A stretch of 60,603 bases of DNA from Promethearchaeota archaeon. GTDB taxonomy: Archaea > Asgardarchaeota > Lokiarchaeia > Sigyniarchaeales > SOKP01. Below the pieces are notes generated by a model. That model was not told the origin of the DNA and did not search any database. It saw only the letters and a list, made by a program, of their open reading frames with translations. The translations under genes and the position numbers were made by a program. This document shows, one piece after another, positions 28,057 to 37,353 of the stretch. Positions within the stretch are counted from its first letter, which is position 1; every line of letters begins with the position of its first letter. Location: the NCBI GenBank assembly GCA_030615235.1, contig JAUWZR010000001.1, positions 1 to 60,603 on the forward strand, given 5' to 3'.

Positions 28057-28365
28057 ATGGATTATTACACATTTTTTGTTACTGTACCTAATTTTGAAGA
28101 GGGTACAAAAATTGCAAACTTATTAGTAGAAAATAAATTAGCAGCCTGCGTAAATATCATACCTAATTTAACTTCTATATATTGGTGGGAAGGAAAAATA
28201 GAAAGAAATAACGAGTTACTATTAATAATTAAAACTACTGAAAAAAATTGCGACTTTATAATTCAAAAAATCAGAGAAGTTCATAGTTATTCGAACCCCG
28301 AATGCGTTGCTTTCAAAATCGAGAAGGGATCTAAGAATTATTTGGATTGGATTAACGAACTGTAG
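28057..28365 (+). CDS. cutA: Divalent-cation tolerance protein CutA
   Basis: 102 aa. The blocks LAACVNIIP..TSIYWWEGKIE...ELLLIIKT are typical of CutA1. Confidence 0.88.
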   Translation: MDYYTFFVTVPNFEEGTKIANLLVENKLAACVNIIPNLTSIYWWEGKIERNNELLLIIKTTEKNCDFIIQKIREVHSYSNPECVAFKIEKGSKNYLDWINEL

Positions 28366-28394
28366 ATTAATATAAGTACTGCATTGTAAATATA

Positions 28395-29204
28395 ATGACA
28401 TTTGACATCTTTCAAGTTGATTGGATTACAGTTGATATTATCATAATTATATTATTAACCTTGCTTTTAATCGGTGTAAAGGTACTTAAAGAAATATATA
28501 GGTGGAGATTTTTTTTTTCAAATGCTTCAACGATTAGGAGAGTTGATAACCTTCTGGATATTAACGATAAGCTTTCGTCTATATCTATAAAAAAGTGCAA
28601 TTTGAATAAACCTCGCGTTTTTCAGCAAGAAGATTTAATAAAACCGACAATAATCTTGATAAGAAGGTATCGAAAACTTATGTTGTTGAAAGCACTTACC
28701 GAGGCATTTTGTTCATCGGGATATAATGTGATAAGCCTTCGGTTTAAAATGTTAACTAAAAACTTAACGGAACGATTGAAATTAGATATCGAAAAAGAGT
28801 TGCAACAAGCTTTTCCTGCTATTGTAATGATTTACAATCAAGATATTAACGTGTTGAGTCAAATTTATAATGTTATTGATTTTACAAAAAAATTATTACC
28901 TTTGAATCTTCTTTTGAAAGACGACTATTGTAGGAACATAATTTTGATTAATCCCCGCTTAAAATCCTATAACCTGGAAGCTCTTTCAACCTTATTAAAC
29001 GATTCTAACAAATTTTCTAAAATAATTACGATATTTAGTGAGAATTTAAATCCATTTTTTAAAAACAAGAATGTAAAAAAGATACTACTAAATAATGAAA
29101 CATTTAAAAACAGCAAACATACCATTATTCAAAAAGCTAAAAGCACATTCAAGTATTATGAAACATTACTTTTAAGCGTAATAATTAGATATATAGAGAA
29201 ATAG
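28395..29204 (+). CDS. Hypothetical protein with an N-terminal TM helix
   Basis: 269-aa ORF with no motif I recognise. Confidence 0.4.
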   Translation: MTFDIFQVDWITVDIIIIILLTLLLIGVKVLKEIYRWRFFFSNASTIRRVDNLLDINDKLSSISIKKCNLNKPRVFQQEDLIKPTIILIRRYRKLMLLKALTEAFCSSGYNVISLRFKMLTKNLTERLKLDIEKELQQAFPAIVMIYNQDINVLSQIYNVIDFTKKLLPLNLLLKDDYCRNIILINPRLKSYNLEALSTLLNDSNKFSKIITIFSENLNPFFKNKNVKKILLNNETFKNSKHTIIQKAKSTFKYYETLLLSVIIRYIEK

Positions 29205-29232
29205 TAAATAAGATAAAAACGATTAATTTCTA

Positions 29233-29940
29233 ATGAAACAAAATAAAATTCTAAGAGATCATTTTAATACCGTTACATACTCTGAAAATCACTTGAAACT
29301 TTTACAACACAAAAGAGAAAGATCTAAACTACTATTGGAAATGTTCACTAAAGAGGGTTTGAACCCATTTATATATGGTAGTATTGCTCGAGGAGATGTT
29401 CATAATGATAGTGATATAGATATTGTTTTAATACAATTAATTGCTCCGTATCAAATCGAAATAATACTCGAAAAGAATGGTTTTAATAATTACTTCAGAG
29501 AAATTATTATGGCAACTCCCGCTGACACTTTGAAACTCTACATTTATTTAAACGAGTTAGAGAGTATAACAATTCCATTATCTAAGTTCGATAAAAAATC
29601 AAGAGAATTTTACGATTTTGGAGGAAAAATTAAACTAAACCAGGTAAAAAATAGTATTAGGGTGCCTGGAATCGATAAAAGGTTAGTCCTAATTCAACCT
29701 ATTACTGATGGACATGAAGAATATTCGATTATTGGAAATGAACATTTAGCTGCGAAGCAATTGAATGTTAGTATTGATTTAATTAATGAAAGAAAAAAAA
29801 TTCTTTTAAAAAGAGAAAAGTTTGGAAAAACAGGCGTATTTTTGAGGAGACCAATTGCAATACCAGAAACAACAGAGCTCGTTTTAAAAAAATTAGCTAA
29901 TAAAAAATCTATTGTGAGAAAAAAGTTGTTACAGAGATGA
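29233..29940 (+). CDS. Nucleotidyltransferase-domain protein (Pol-beta superfamily)
   Basis: YGSIARGDVHNDSDIDIVL fits GS-x(9-13)-DxD. Its stop overlaps the next start. Confidence 0.65.
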   Translation: MKQNKILRDHFNTVTYSENHLKLLQHKRERSKLLLEMFTKEGLNPFIYGSIARGDVHNDSDIDIVLIQLIAPYQIEIILEKNGFNNYFREIIMATPADTLKLYIYLNELESITIPLSKFDKKSREFYDFGGKIKLNQVKNSIRVPGIDKRLVLIQPITDGHEEYSIIGNEHLAAKQLNVSIDLINERKKILLKREKFGKTGVFLRRPIAIPETTELVLKKLANKKSIVRKKLLQR

Positions 29941-31088
29941 GAGAACCAGTTATTGTAGAATCTAAAGCACACACATTTTACATAAAAAAAAGGGGAATTC
30001 CTAAAGGATGTGAGCAATGTTTAAGGGGTACTAAAGCAGTATTATTTCTTAATGGAATCTGTCAGAATCCAAAACATTGTTGGTGGTATTGCCCGATTTC
30101 TGAAAAACGAAAAGGTAAGAAGGATACTTATATAAATGAGATTCAAATATCTTCTAAAGATCAGATTCTACACGAACTTAAGGCTATTAACGCGAAAGGC
30201 ATGAGTATTACGGGTGGAGACCCTTTATATGAACCTAACTTAAAAATAACGCTAGAATATATCAAATTTATCAAAGAAAATAAAGGAAAAAAGTTTCATA
30301 TTCACCTTTATACCAACGGTCTTAATTTTAGCGAAGAAATAGCTGTTAAACTCGCTCGTGCAAAGTTAGACGAAATTAGATTCAACCCATCAAGAGAAAA
30401 TTGGAAAGTGATAAAATTTGCATTAAACAAGAGTATGACCGTAGGAGCTGAAGTTCCTGTGATTCCAGAAGTGGAATATGTAGAAAATGTGAAAGAATTC
30501 ATTTTTTATTTGAATAAAATAAACGCAGATTTTATCAATTTGAATGAATTTGAGTATTGTTTACCAAATAGTCAAAACCTTAAAGACCGAAATTTCAAGT
30601 TGGAAGCAGGTACAATAGCATCTGTAAAGAATAGTAGAGAATATGCAATTAAGCTCATACATGATATCGTTCCAAAAGTTTCAATAAAAATTCATTTTTG
30701 TACGATTATAGCTAAGGATTATTGGCAATTGAGAGAAAGGTATTTACGACGAGCAAAAACTATTAAATTACCATACGAAGAAATCACGAGAGATGGTTTG
30801 CTTTTATACGCTCTATTAGAAGGCAAGAAGAGGGATATTAAAGAATTTTATAATCTTTTATTAAATGAACTAAAAATCCCTCAAAACATCTTCTCTCACG
30901 AAGCAACTAATATTAAATTACCTATCAAGTTTGTTTTGGAAGAATTTTTTATGGATTTACTAATTCAACACAATTTAAAAGGAAATATAATAGAAATGAC
31001 ACCGTTTCGAGGAGATAAATACCACCAAATAACGGAAAAAACACCTATCAAGGTATTCAAAGAAGAGATGGGATTAAATGATTATTGA
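29937..31088 (+). CDS. Radical-SAM-like Fe-S protein (related to pyruvate formate-lyase activase-like uncharacterized archaeal proteins)
   Basis: A Cys-rich N-terminus (CEQC ... CQNPKHCWWYCP) is followed by SITGGDPL. The Cys spacing is not the canonical CxxxCxxC. Confidence 0.5.
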   Translation: MREPVIVESKAHTFYIKKRGIPKGCEQCLRGTKAVLFLNGICQNPKHCWWYCPISEKRKGKKDTYINEIQISSKDQILHELKAINAKGMSITGGDPLYEPNLKITLEYIKFIKENKGKKFHIHLYTNGLNFSEEIAVKLARAKLDEIRFNPSRENWKVIKFALNKSMTVGAEVPVIPEVEYVENVKEFIFYLNKINADFINLNEFEYCLPNSQNLKDRNFKLEAGTIASVKNSREYAIKLIHDIVPKVSIKIHFCTIIAKDYWQLRERYLRRAKTIKLPYEEITRDGLLLYALLEGKKRDIKEFYNLLLNELKIPQNIFSHEATNIKLPIKFVLEEFFMDLLIQHNLKGNIIEMTPFRGDKYHQITEKTPIKVFKEEMGLNDY

Positions 31089-31524
31089 TACCGTTACTCT
31101 TGAGGATTTAGATGAAATCTACAATTTAGAAAGAAAATCTTTTAAGAAGGACTCATTTTCTAAAGATTTAATTCTTAATTTGATATTAAAGAACGAATAT
31201 TTTTTTAAGCTCATTAATGACGAACTATCGAACGATATCATAGGATTCATCATTGTTATTCAAGATCGAGACGATAGCGTAAACATGATTAACCTTTTAA
31301 TTAGAAACGGGGAAAGAAAAAGAGGCTATGGGAGTTTTCTTTTAAAATACACCCTGAAAAAAGTGATTGCATTGGATAAGATAAAAACAATTGTATTGAA
31401 TGTGAACTCTAAAAATAAAGCTGCTATAAGCTTGTATCAAAAATTTAATTTTCGAATTGTCCAAAGAATAGAAAACTATTATCGGGATAAGCAAAGCGCT
31501 TACTTAATGATATTGAACATTTAA
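31078..31524 (+). CDS. GNAT N-acetyltransferase (RimI/Ard1-like)
   Basis: The RKRGYGSFLL acetyl-CoA motif (Q/RxxGxG/A) is followed by LNVNSKNKAAISLYQKFNF. It overlaps the previous gene by 11 nt. Confidence 0.8.
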   Translation: MIIDTVTLEDLDEIYNLERKSFKKDSFSKDLILNLILKNEYFFKLINDELSNDIIGFIIVIQDRDDSVNMINLLIRNGERKRGYGSFLLKYTLKKVIALDKIKTIVLNVNSKNKAAISLYQKFNFRIVQRIENYYRDKQSAYLMILNI

Positions 31525-31633
31525 TCATTTTCTAAAAACCAAGACTTATAAATAAATTCTATTATAAATTTTGTATAGAACGCATTAATAATGTGCTCAA
31601 AAAAGGAAACAAAACTAAAAGTATTGAGTGATT

Positions 31634-31789
31634 ATGACGCCCTTAGGTAACGAATTAAAAGATGAAATTAAAAAAGGTGTTACTCTCCAAAAGGTTGACG
31701 ATGAGGATATGAAAAAGCGTGAAGAAGAGAAAAAGAAACGAATGGAAGAATTAGAAAAAGTTAAAGAAGCCTTAGGAGCAAAAGATTAA
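31634..31789 (+). CDS. 51-aa protein with a WH2-like (actin-monomer-binding) motif; absent from the ORF track
   Basis: ATG at 31634 to TAA at 31787-31789. Product is MTPLGNELKDEIKKGVTLQKVDDEDMKKREEEKKKRMEELEKVKEALGAKD. NELKDEIKKGVTLQKVDD follows the WH2 pattern LLxxIxxGxxL[KR][KR]V plus acidic residues. Confidence 0.45.
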   Translation: MTPLGNELKDEIKKGVTLQKVDDEDMKKREEEKKKRMEELEKVKEALGAKD

Positions 31790-31916
31790 ATTTTATGTGT
31801 TTTTTGTATTTTATTATTTTTTTCTTTATTCTTAGTTAACTCACAAATCCCTAAGCAAGATCCAATTTAAATGTATTAAACTTAATTGTGTGGGTTAATT
31901 ATAAAAATTAAGAATT

Positions 31917-33008
31917 TTGAGTTTGAAGTGCCCAATGAAAATTCTGGATATTGATAAAAAGGAGGAAATCATTTCATTAAGAACCGAAGATTTAAACGAT
32001 CTATGGACGCTCTATAATATAATTGCCAAAAACGACCATATAACTGCACGAACAAACCGTAGAATAGTATTAAAAGAAGGTTCAAAAGGAGAAAGAAAAC
32101 AAATGAAATTGAAAATAAAGGTCGATTCTATCGCATTCCACGAATTTTCAAATCGGTTAAGAGTGAAAGGAACTATCTTAGAAGGGCCAGAGGATTTTGT
32201 TTCATACGGGACATATCATACATTAAATATAGAACCAAGGCAAAAATTAACAATTAAAAAACCTAAGTGGTTAAAAAGTGAGATTAAACGCCTTAGGAAA
32301 TCGCCTCGATTTCAAACTGATTTTGTCATGTTAATAATTGCGATCGAAACAGGGTTAGCAACGATCGCTCTCATAACAAATTATAGCCATAATCGAGTCG
32401 CTACAATAAAAAAAAATATACCTGGTAAAAGATACGAGCAATCTTATCGAAATAAAGCGTTTGAAGAATTCTATAGTGATATTAGTAGTATAATTAAAGA
32501 AAAAACAGAAAGTGTAGACTTAAAAATCATTATAATATGTGGCCCTGGGAGCACAAAGAATCGCTTTACACAATTTATTAAAGAAAAAGCTCAAATAACA
32601 AGGTTGCCGAAAATCATAAGCATTCAAGCTAGTTCTGGAACTGAAAGTGCTATCCTAGAAACTCTTAAATCAAAAGAACTCAAACTCCTAAAGAAAAATG
32701 TTAAAATTTTCCTTGAAGCTGAGAAAATTGAGGAAATTTTACAGCTGTTCAGTACTAATTCAGATTTAATTGCAATTGGATTCGATGAAATCTCGAATGC
32801 TATTGAAAAAAGAGCAGTAAAAGAACTATTTTGCGCTGATATTCTTATAAGAGGCGCATCAAAAAAACAGAAATTAAGAATAGAACAAATTTTAAACGGT
32901 GTAGAATCTATAGGTGGAGAAATCCATATATTAAGTAGCGAACACCCAACAGGGCAACAAATAATTGATTTGGGCTCTATCGTCGCTATTTTAAGATTTA
33001 AAATTTAA
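31917..33008 (+). CDS. pelA: Pelota (Dom34 homologue, mRNA surveillance / ribosome rescue)
   Basis: MKILDIDKKEEIISLRTEDLNDLWTLYNII is a typical Pelota N-terminus, and the C-terminal domain is eRF1-like. The likelier start is the ATG at 31935. Confidence 0.92.
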   Translation: MSLKCPMKILDIDKKEEIISLRTEDLNDLWTLYNIIAKNDHITARTNRRIVLKEGSKGERKQMKLKIKVDSIAFHEFSNRLRVKGTILEGPEDFVSYGTYHTLNIEPRQKLTIKKPKWLKSEIKRLRKSPRFQTDFVMLIIAIETGLATIALITNYSHNRVATIKKNIPGKRYEQSYRNKAFEEFYSDISSIIKEKTESVDLKIIIICGPGSTKNRFTQFIKEKAQITRLPKIISIQASSGTESAILETLKSKELKLLKKNVKIFLEAEKIEEILQLFSTNSDLIAIGFDEISNAIEKRAVKELFCADILIRGASKKQKLRIEQILNGVESIGGEIHILSSEHPTGQQIIDLGSIVAILRFKI

Positions 33009-33039
33009 GAACTATAAAATCATACCATTTATTCTAACA

Positions 33040-34080
33040 ATGAATGATAAAATACAATATATAGACAAAACCTCGAAAATCCCTCTAATGGGAGTAGATT
33101 TTTTAGGGATCATTGATAGAGGGACAAATGTAATCGAACTTAAACCAATTACTCTTTGTAATCTCAAATGCAAGTACTGTTTTGTAAGTTCTGGTAATTA
33201 CGACACTAACTTCGTCGTAGATTCCAACTACTTAATTGAAAAAGTTCTAGATCTTGTCAGAATAAAAGGAGATTATAATCTCGAAATTCACCTTTCACCT
33301 TATGGAGAGATATTACTTTACAAAGAACTCGAAAACCTTTTAAAAAAACTCTCAGGTATCAAAGGAATCTCAATTACATCAATGCAATCTAATGGCTTAT
33401 TACTTTCGAAACCAGTTATTAATAAATTAAAAAAATCCAAACTCACTCGGATTAACATAAGCTTAAATAGTTTAAAAGAGGAGATGGATCGTTATCTATG
33501 TAATTGTACTCAGTATGATATCGACAAGCTTATTAAAAATATTTATACACTGATGAACTCCAACATACAGGTGTTGATCGCACCAGTATGGTTTCCCGGA
33601 GAAAACGACAAGGATATTGAAGAAATTATAGAATTTGTTCTTAATGTAAGGAATGAGGGATATTCAGAGAGTCAATTACAAATAGGTATCCAGAAATATT
33701 TAATTTACAAGACTGGTAGAACCCTAAAAAAAGTACAATCAAAATCTTGGGATTATTTTTATTTATATTTATCTAGGTTGGAGAAAAAATTCAAGATAAA
33801 ATTAAAACTTGGCCCTAAAGATTTTGGAATTCATAAACGAAAAAGCGTATCAACTTTGAATCTTAAGAAAAAAGACTTAATTAAAATAGAAATAGTTTCC
33901 AGGGGAAGGTGGGAAAATGAGTGTATTGGTAAAATCCATAATTCTCTTGGGATAAAGGTATTATTGAAAAAACCACTTGTTTTTTCGGATGAACTAATTG
34001 GAAAATTTATTGAAGTAGAGGTAATTAAAGCAAATTATAAAGATAATATACTCACTGCCTTATTTCCTCATAAATTGTAA
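33040..34080 (+). CDS. Radical SAM protein
   Basis: Canonical CNLKCKYC (CxxxCxxC) lies near the N-terminus. The C-terminal ~70 aa could be a beta-barrel (TRAM-like) domain. Confidence 0.8.
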   Translation: MNDKIQYIDKTSKIPLMGVDFLGIIDRGTNVIELKPITLCNLKCKYCFVSSGNYDTNFVVDSNYLIEKVLDLVRIKGDYNLEIHLSPYGEILLYKELENLLKKLSGIKGISITSMQSNGLLLSKPVINKLKKSKLTRINISLNSLKEEMDRYLCNCTQYDIDKLIKNIYTLMNSNIQVLIAPVWFPGENDKDIEEIIEFVLNVRNEGYSESQLQIGIQKYLIYKTGRTLKKVQSKSWDYFYLYLSRLEKKFKIKLKLGPKDFGIHKRKSVSTLNLKKKDLIKIEIVSRGRWENECIGKIHNSLGIKVLLKKPLVFSDELIGKFIEVEVIKANYKDNILTALFPHKL

Positions 34081-34163
34081 CTTAATAAAAAGACTAAAAA
34101 TTATAATTATGAATTTATATAAGAAGAGTATAGCAATTTAACATTAATCAATATTTTTTTAGT

Positions 34164-34796
34164 TTGATTGTAATGAGTCCAATTATAACGCATGAAGATG
34201 AACTTGAATTATCAAGTATGGAAAAAGAATTAGTGACCCAAATAAGGAAACTAGCAAAAACTCAGAGTACATTAATTGATTCTCAAAAAAAATACGCCGA
34301 AAATTTAAAAAAAGCAACACTTACTCGAGAAATGCTTAATAGAACATTTAGAGATGTATTGAAACACATGCAAACTCTAGTACGAGAGAGAAGATCAAAT
34401 ATTAAAGATAAAGAAGTGAAATTATACCAAGATATCATCCACAAAAACGATGAATACATAGAAGTAAACAACAAATATATTGATTCGATTAAAAACCTCG
34501 CCGTAAAAAAAGACTACTTAGTCGAAAAAAAATACGAATTTGCTTCGGCATTAAGCGAAGTAGCAAACAAAAGAAGCATGGTCATCAAAAAAGCATTATC
34601 TGTTGAGAAAAAAAAAAACAATTTAATCGAAGGAGAAAAAATGAAACTTTTAGAGTCTGGATTGAACGATTTGCAAAGAGACTTTGATCGTGCCCGAGAT
34701 ATTTTAATAAAAAAAATAGACCAATTTTTGCAGGTTAAGAACGAAGTAGATGAATTGTGGGTAAATTTGAAAAATAGCGTCAACAAATCAAGCTGA
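34164..34796 (+). CDS. Coiled-coil protein, function unknown
   Basis: 210 aa, Lys/Glu/Leu-rich heptad-like sequence throughout. Confidence 0.45.
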   Translation: MIVMSPIITHEDELELSSMEKELVTQIRKLAKTQSTLIDSQKKYAENLKKATLTREMLNRTFRDVLKHMQTLVRERRSNIKDKEVKLYQDIIHKNDEYIEVNNKYIDSIKNLAVKKDYLVEKKYEFASALSEVANKRSMVIKKALSVEKKKNNLIEGEKMKLLESGLNDLQRDFDRARDILIKKIDQFLQVKNEVDELWVNLKNSVNKSS

Positions 34797-34928
34797 CTTT
34801 AAACTTTTTTTTATTTTATTTTTGTACAAATTATCAAGTATGAACTTAAATTTATTAAATAGTTCAAATATATAATTATTAGAAAAAATACTTAGATAAA
34901 TCGCAATTATTAAATTAGAGAGAATAAA

Positions 34929-35366
34929 ATGGCAGAAGAATTCGCAAATTTCATGCAAGAAGCAAAAAAGGCTCCAATAGAAGAAAAACTAAACGCATTT
35001 GGAGACATTGTTGAAAGAATGATGTCTGTAATTCTAAAAATACCCGATTTAGTAGATCAGTCTTTAGCTACCGTAAATCAAAAAATATCTACATTGGAGT
35101 CGCGATTTACTACGATTAACAATGATTTATCAGCATTACGGACCAGGGGTGTTGGGGCATCCCCAGTAATCGCTGCACCTACTTCTCCAAACAACGCACC
35201 ACCTCCTTCTGGAGGTCCGCCCGGAGGTCCACCATCTCCGCCTGGGGGTCCACCTGGAGGTCCGCCACCACCAGGAGGTGCTCGTCCAGCTAGCCCTGTG
35301 AGCTTAAGAGGAGCGATAATGGGCGAATTAAAGCAGCTTTTTTCTAAGAGAAATCAATCCGGCTAG
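34929..35366 (+). CDS. Protein with a coiled coil, a Gly/Pro-rich tract and a short amphipathic C-terminal helix
   Basis: The N-terminal ~75 aa is helical. It is followed by PTSPNNAPPPSGGPPGGPPSPPGGPPGGPPPPGGARP, then VSLRGAIMGELKQLFSKR. The tract is encoded by a locally GC-rich imperfect GGAGGTCCNCC repeat at about 35205-35285. Confidence 0.6.
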   Translation: MAEEFANFMQEAKKAPIEEKLNAFGDIVERMMSVILKIPDLVDQSLATVNQKISTLESRFTTINNDLSALRTRGVGASPVIAAPTSPNNAPPPSGGPPGGPPSPPGGPPGGPPPPGGARPASPVSLRGAIMGELKQLFSKRNQSG

Positions 35367-35676
35367 TTAATTTACGATTTATTTTTCTAAAATAAATTCG
35401 CTCCAAACCTTTGCGATTGAAGAAAAGTTTCTCTATATATTTAAATATGGTTTAACTTGAAGACGATTTAGTTTCAGTCGTTCACTTTTAAATATTAACC
35501 TAAGTGTTTTTAAAATCAATTAAAATTAAAACTAAAAAAAAAAATATATTACTATAAGAAGTGTTCTGTTTTGATTAGATTTCTTTGGTGTAAGAATTAT
35601 CATTAATAGTTCAAAAGTAAACAAGGTAAATGTTGCTCACGATCTACAAAGACAAATCCTAGAAATTACGTCCCTC

Positions 35677-37323
35677 GTGAGGGTTTTAAATAATTATTAT
35701 TATAAAAAAGCAAAGATCAAAAAAAAACTAAAACCTCTTGCACTAAAAAGATCTAAAGATGAGTTAAAAAATATTAAAAATGATGGAGATTGGCTTCACA
35801 CCGTTCCGCTAGCTTTAAACTCTTTAAGTGACGATTTGATTGTCAAGAAAGATTCTTTCAAATTTCCGGATAGTATAATTTTATTTGAGGCGTGGATGAA
35901 ATTAGGTTTTGGAGCGCTTTTTCCTAGATTAGCGCTCCATTACAAATTTCCTGGATTTTTAAAAGGAGAAAAAACGAGGAATGTTTTCCAATTCACATAT
36001 TCAACTTCTAGAGGTTTCGGATTCCCCATTTATTTTGGTCCAGAATTCTATGGGTATATCTTAACTATAGGTAAATTTTTAGAACCTTTGTTTAAATGGA
36101 GCCACACTATCTGTCACAGAGCAAATCAAGCGATTTATCTTGTTGGAAAAAAATATGGAATTACAAGACATCACCCTGGAGAATTTGAATCTGTAATTAT
36201 ATCAGAGTATAAAGACAACCTTTTTAAAGGAATTGACACCCTTTTACACGGTTATTACACGCAAGACCCAAAAACACTTGGTGTGTTTTCAAGTTTAGAA
36301 AATGCACTTGATAGCGTTATATTTTCTTATTCTGTAGGAGATCATGCAATGTCTGTCGAAAGCGAAAAATCAAAAGATACAATTAGCGTACCGTTAATTA
36401 CGCATGATACTATCGTTCGTAAATACAACGTGAATTTTTACGACTATTTAGATAACTTATTGGCAACAGAAAAGTTGATAAAAAGAAAGATCATCCGCTT
36501 TAAACAGCTAAGAAAAGATTTTATTAGTAATTTAAAGAGAATCGATAGAATTAAATTTAGGATCGATCAAACTAAATCATTTTCAGTTCCAAGTTTGAAA
36601 ATTTCTCAAAAATTTTCTAAAATTCAAGAATGTTCTCTTCATATTCGACTTATGGAAATAATTGTGAAGATGCTATGGACAACACCCCTTTATACCCATA
36701 CGATTCATAAAACTATTAGTGACGAAATCTATCTTCAAAATCAGAAACGAAATGATTTCATTACTGATTCTAATAACCTATCAATGGATTCAATTTTTTT
36801 ACTCTATATAAAAAAATTCGAAGAAATAAACTCATTTTCTTTCAAAGAAATGGAAGTTACCAATGAACTGGTTAAACTTAAAGACAAAATGGGGACTATG
36901 TGGCTTTATTTTAAGGAGAAACATTTCAATTTTGCTTTGAAAAAACTAAAGGATCTCTCTGTTTTATCGTTGGATGACTTAAGTTATAGAAAAGTTGTAA
37001 ACGAATACATAGACAACCTTATTCCTATTTTTTCAATTTATGAAATTTTTAATAGAGCTCTTTCAGAGTCAGTTTATCCAGAATCAGTTCCTCAAACAAA
37101 ACGGTTGGGAGGGTATTTAGCAAGTATATTAACTTCAAGGTTTAATCCCTTCGGAGTAAATCTAATGAATCTTTTTAATAAATTAGCATTTAATAACTGG
37201 AGCTATCTAATAATAAACCGAAAATTAAATCGAAAACAGTTTTTCAAATTGATAGTGAAACTTCCATTATGGAAAAATATTCCTAAAACTATTAAAAAGG
37301 AAATTTTGAACCCAGACTTTTAA
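35677..37323 (+). CDS. Hypothetical protein (548 aa)
   Basis: Long ORF with a GTG start and no motif I recognise. Confidence 0.5.
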   Translation: MRVLNNYYYKKAKIKKKLKPLALKRSKDELKNIKNDGDWLHTVPLALNSLSDDLIVKKDSFKFPDSIILFEAWMKLGFGALFPRLALHYKFPGFLKGEKTRNVFQFTYSTSRGFGFPIYFGPEFYGYILTIGKFLEPLFKWSHTICHRANQAIYLVGKKYGITRHHPGEFESVIISEYKDNLFKGIDTLLHGYYTQDPKTLGVFSSLENALDSVIFSYSVGDHAMSVESEKSKDTISVPLITHDTIVRKYNVNFYDYLDNLLATEKLIKRKIIRFKQLRKDFISNLKRIDRIKFRIDQTKSFSVPSLKISQKFSKIQECSLHIRLMEIIVKMLWTTPLYTHTIHKTISDEIYLQNQKRNDFITDSNNLSMDSIFLLYIKKFEEINSFSFKEMEVTNELVKLKDKMGTMWLYFKEKHFNFALKKLKDLSVLSLDDLSYRKVVNEYIDNLIPIFSIYEIFNRALSESVYPESVPQTKRLGGYLASILTSRFNPFGVNLMNLFNKLAFNNWSYLIINRKLNRKQFFKLIVKLPLWKNIPKTIKKEILNPDF

Positions 37324-37353
37324 TTATTCAGGTGGGAGTCGATTTTAACGATA

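Noticed and set aside
34164-34796. 210-aa coiled-coil protein as a possible ESCRT-III/PspA-like protein
   Set aside because: Only its size and helical character fit. There is no basic-to-acidic polarity or MIM-like C-terminus that I can point to, and no Vps4/ESCRT neighbours. It is left as hypothetical.
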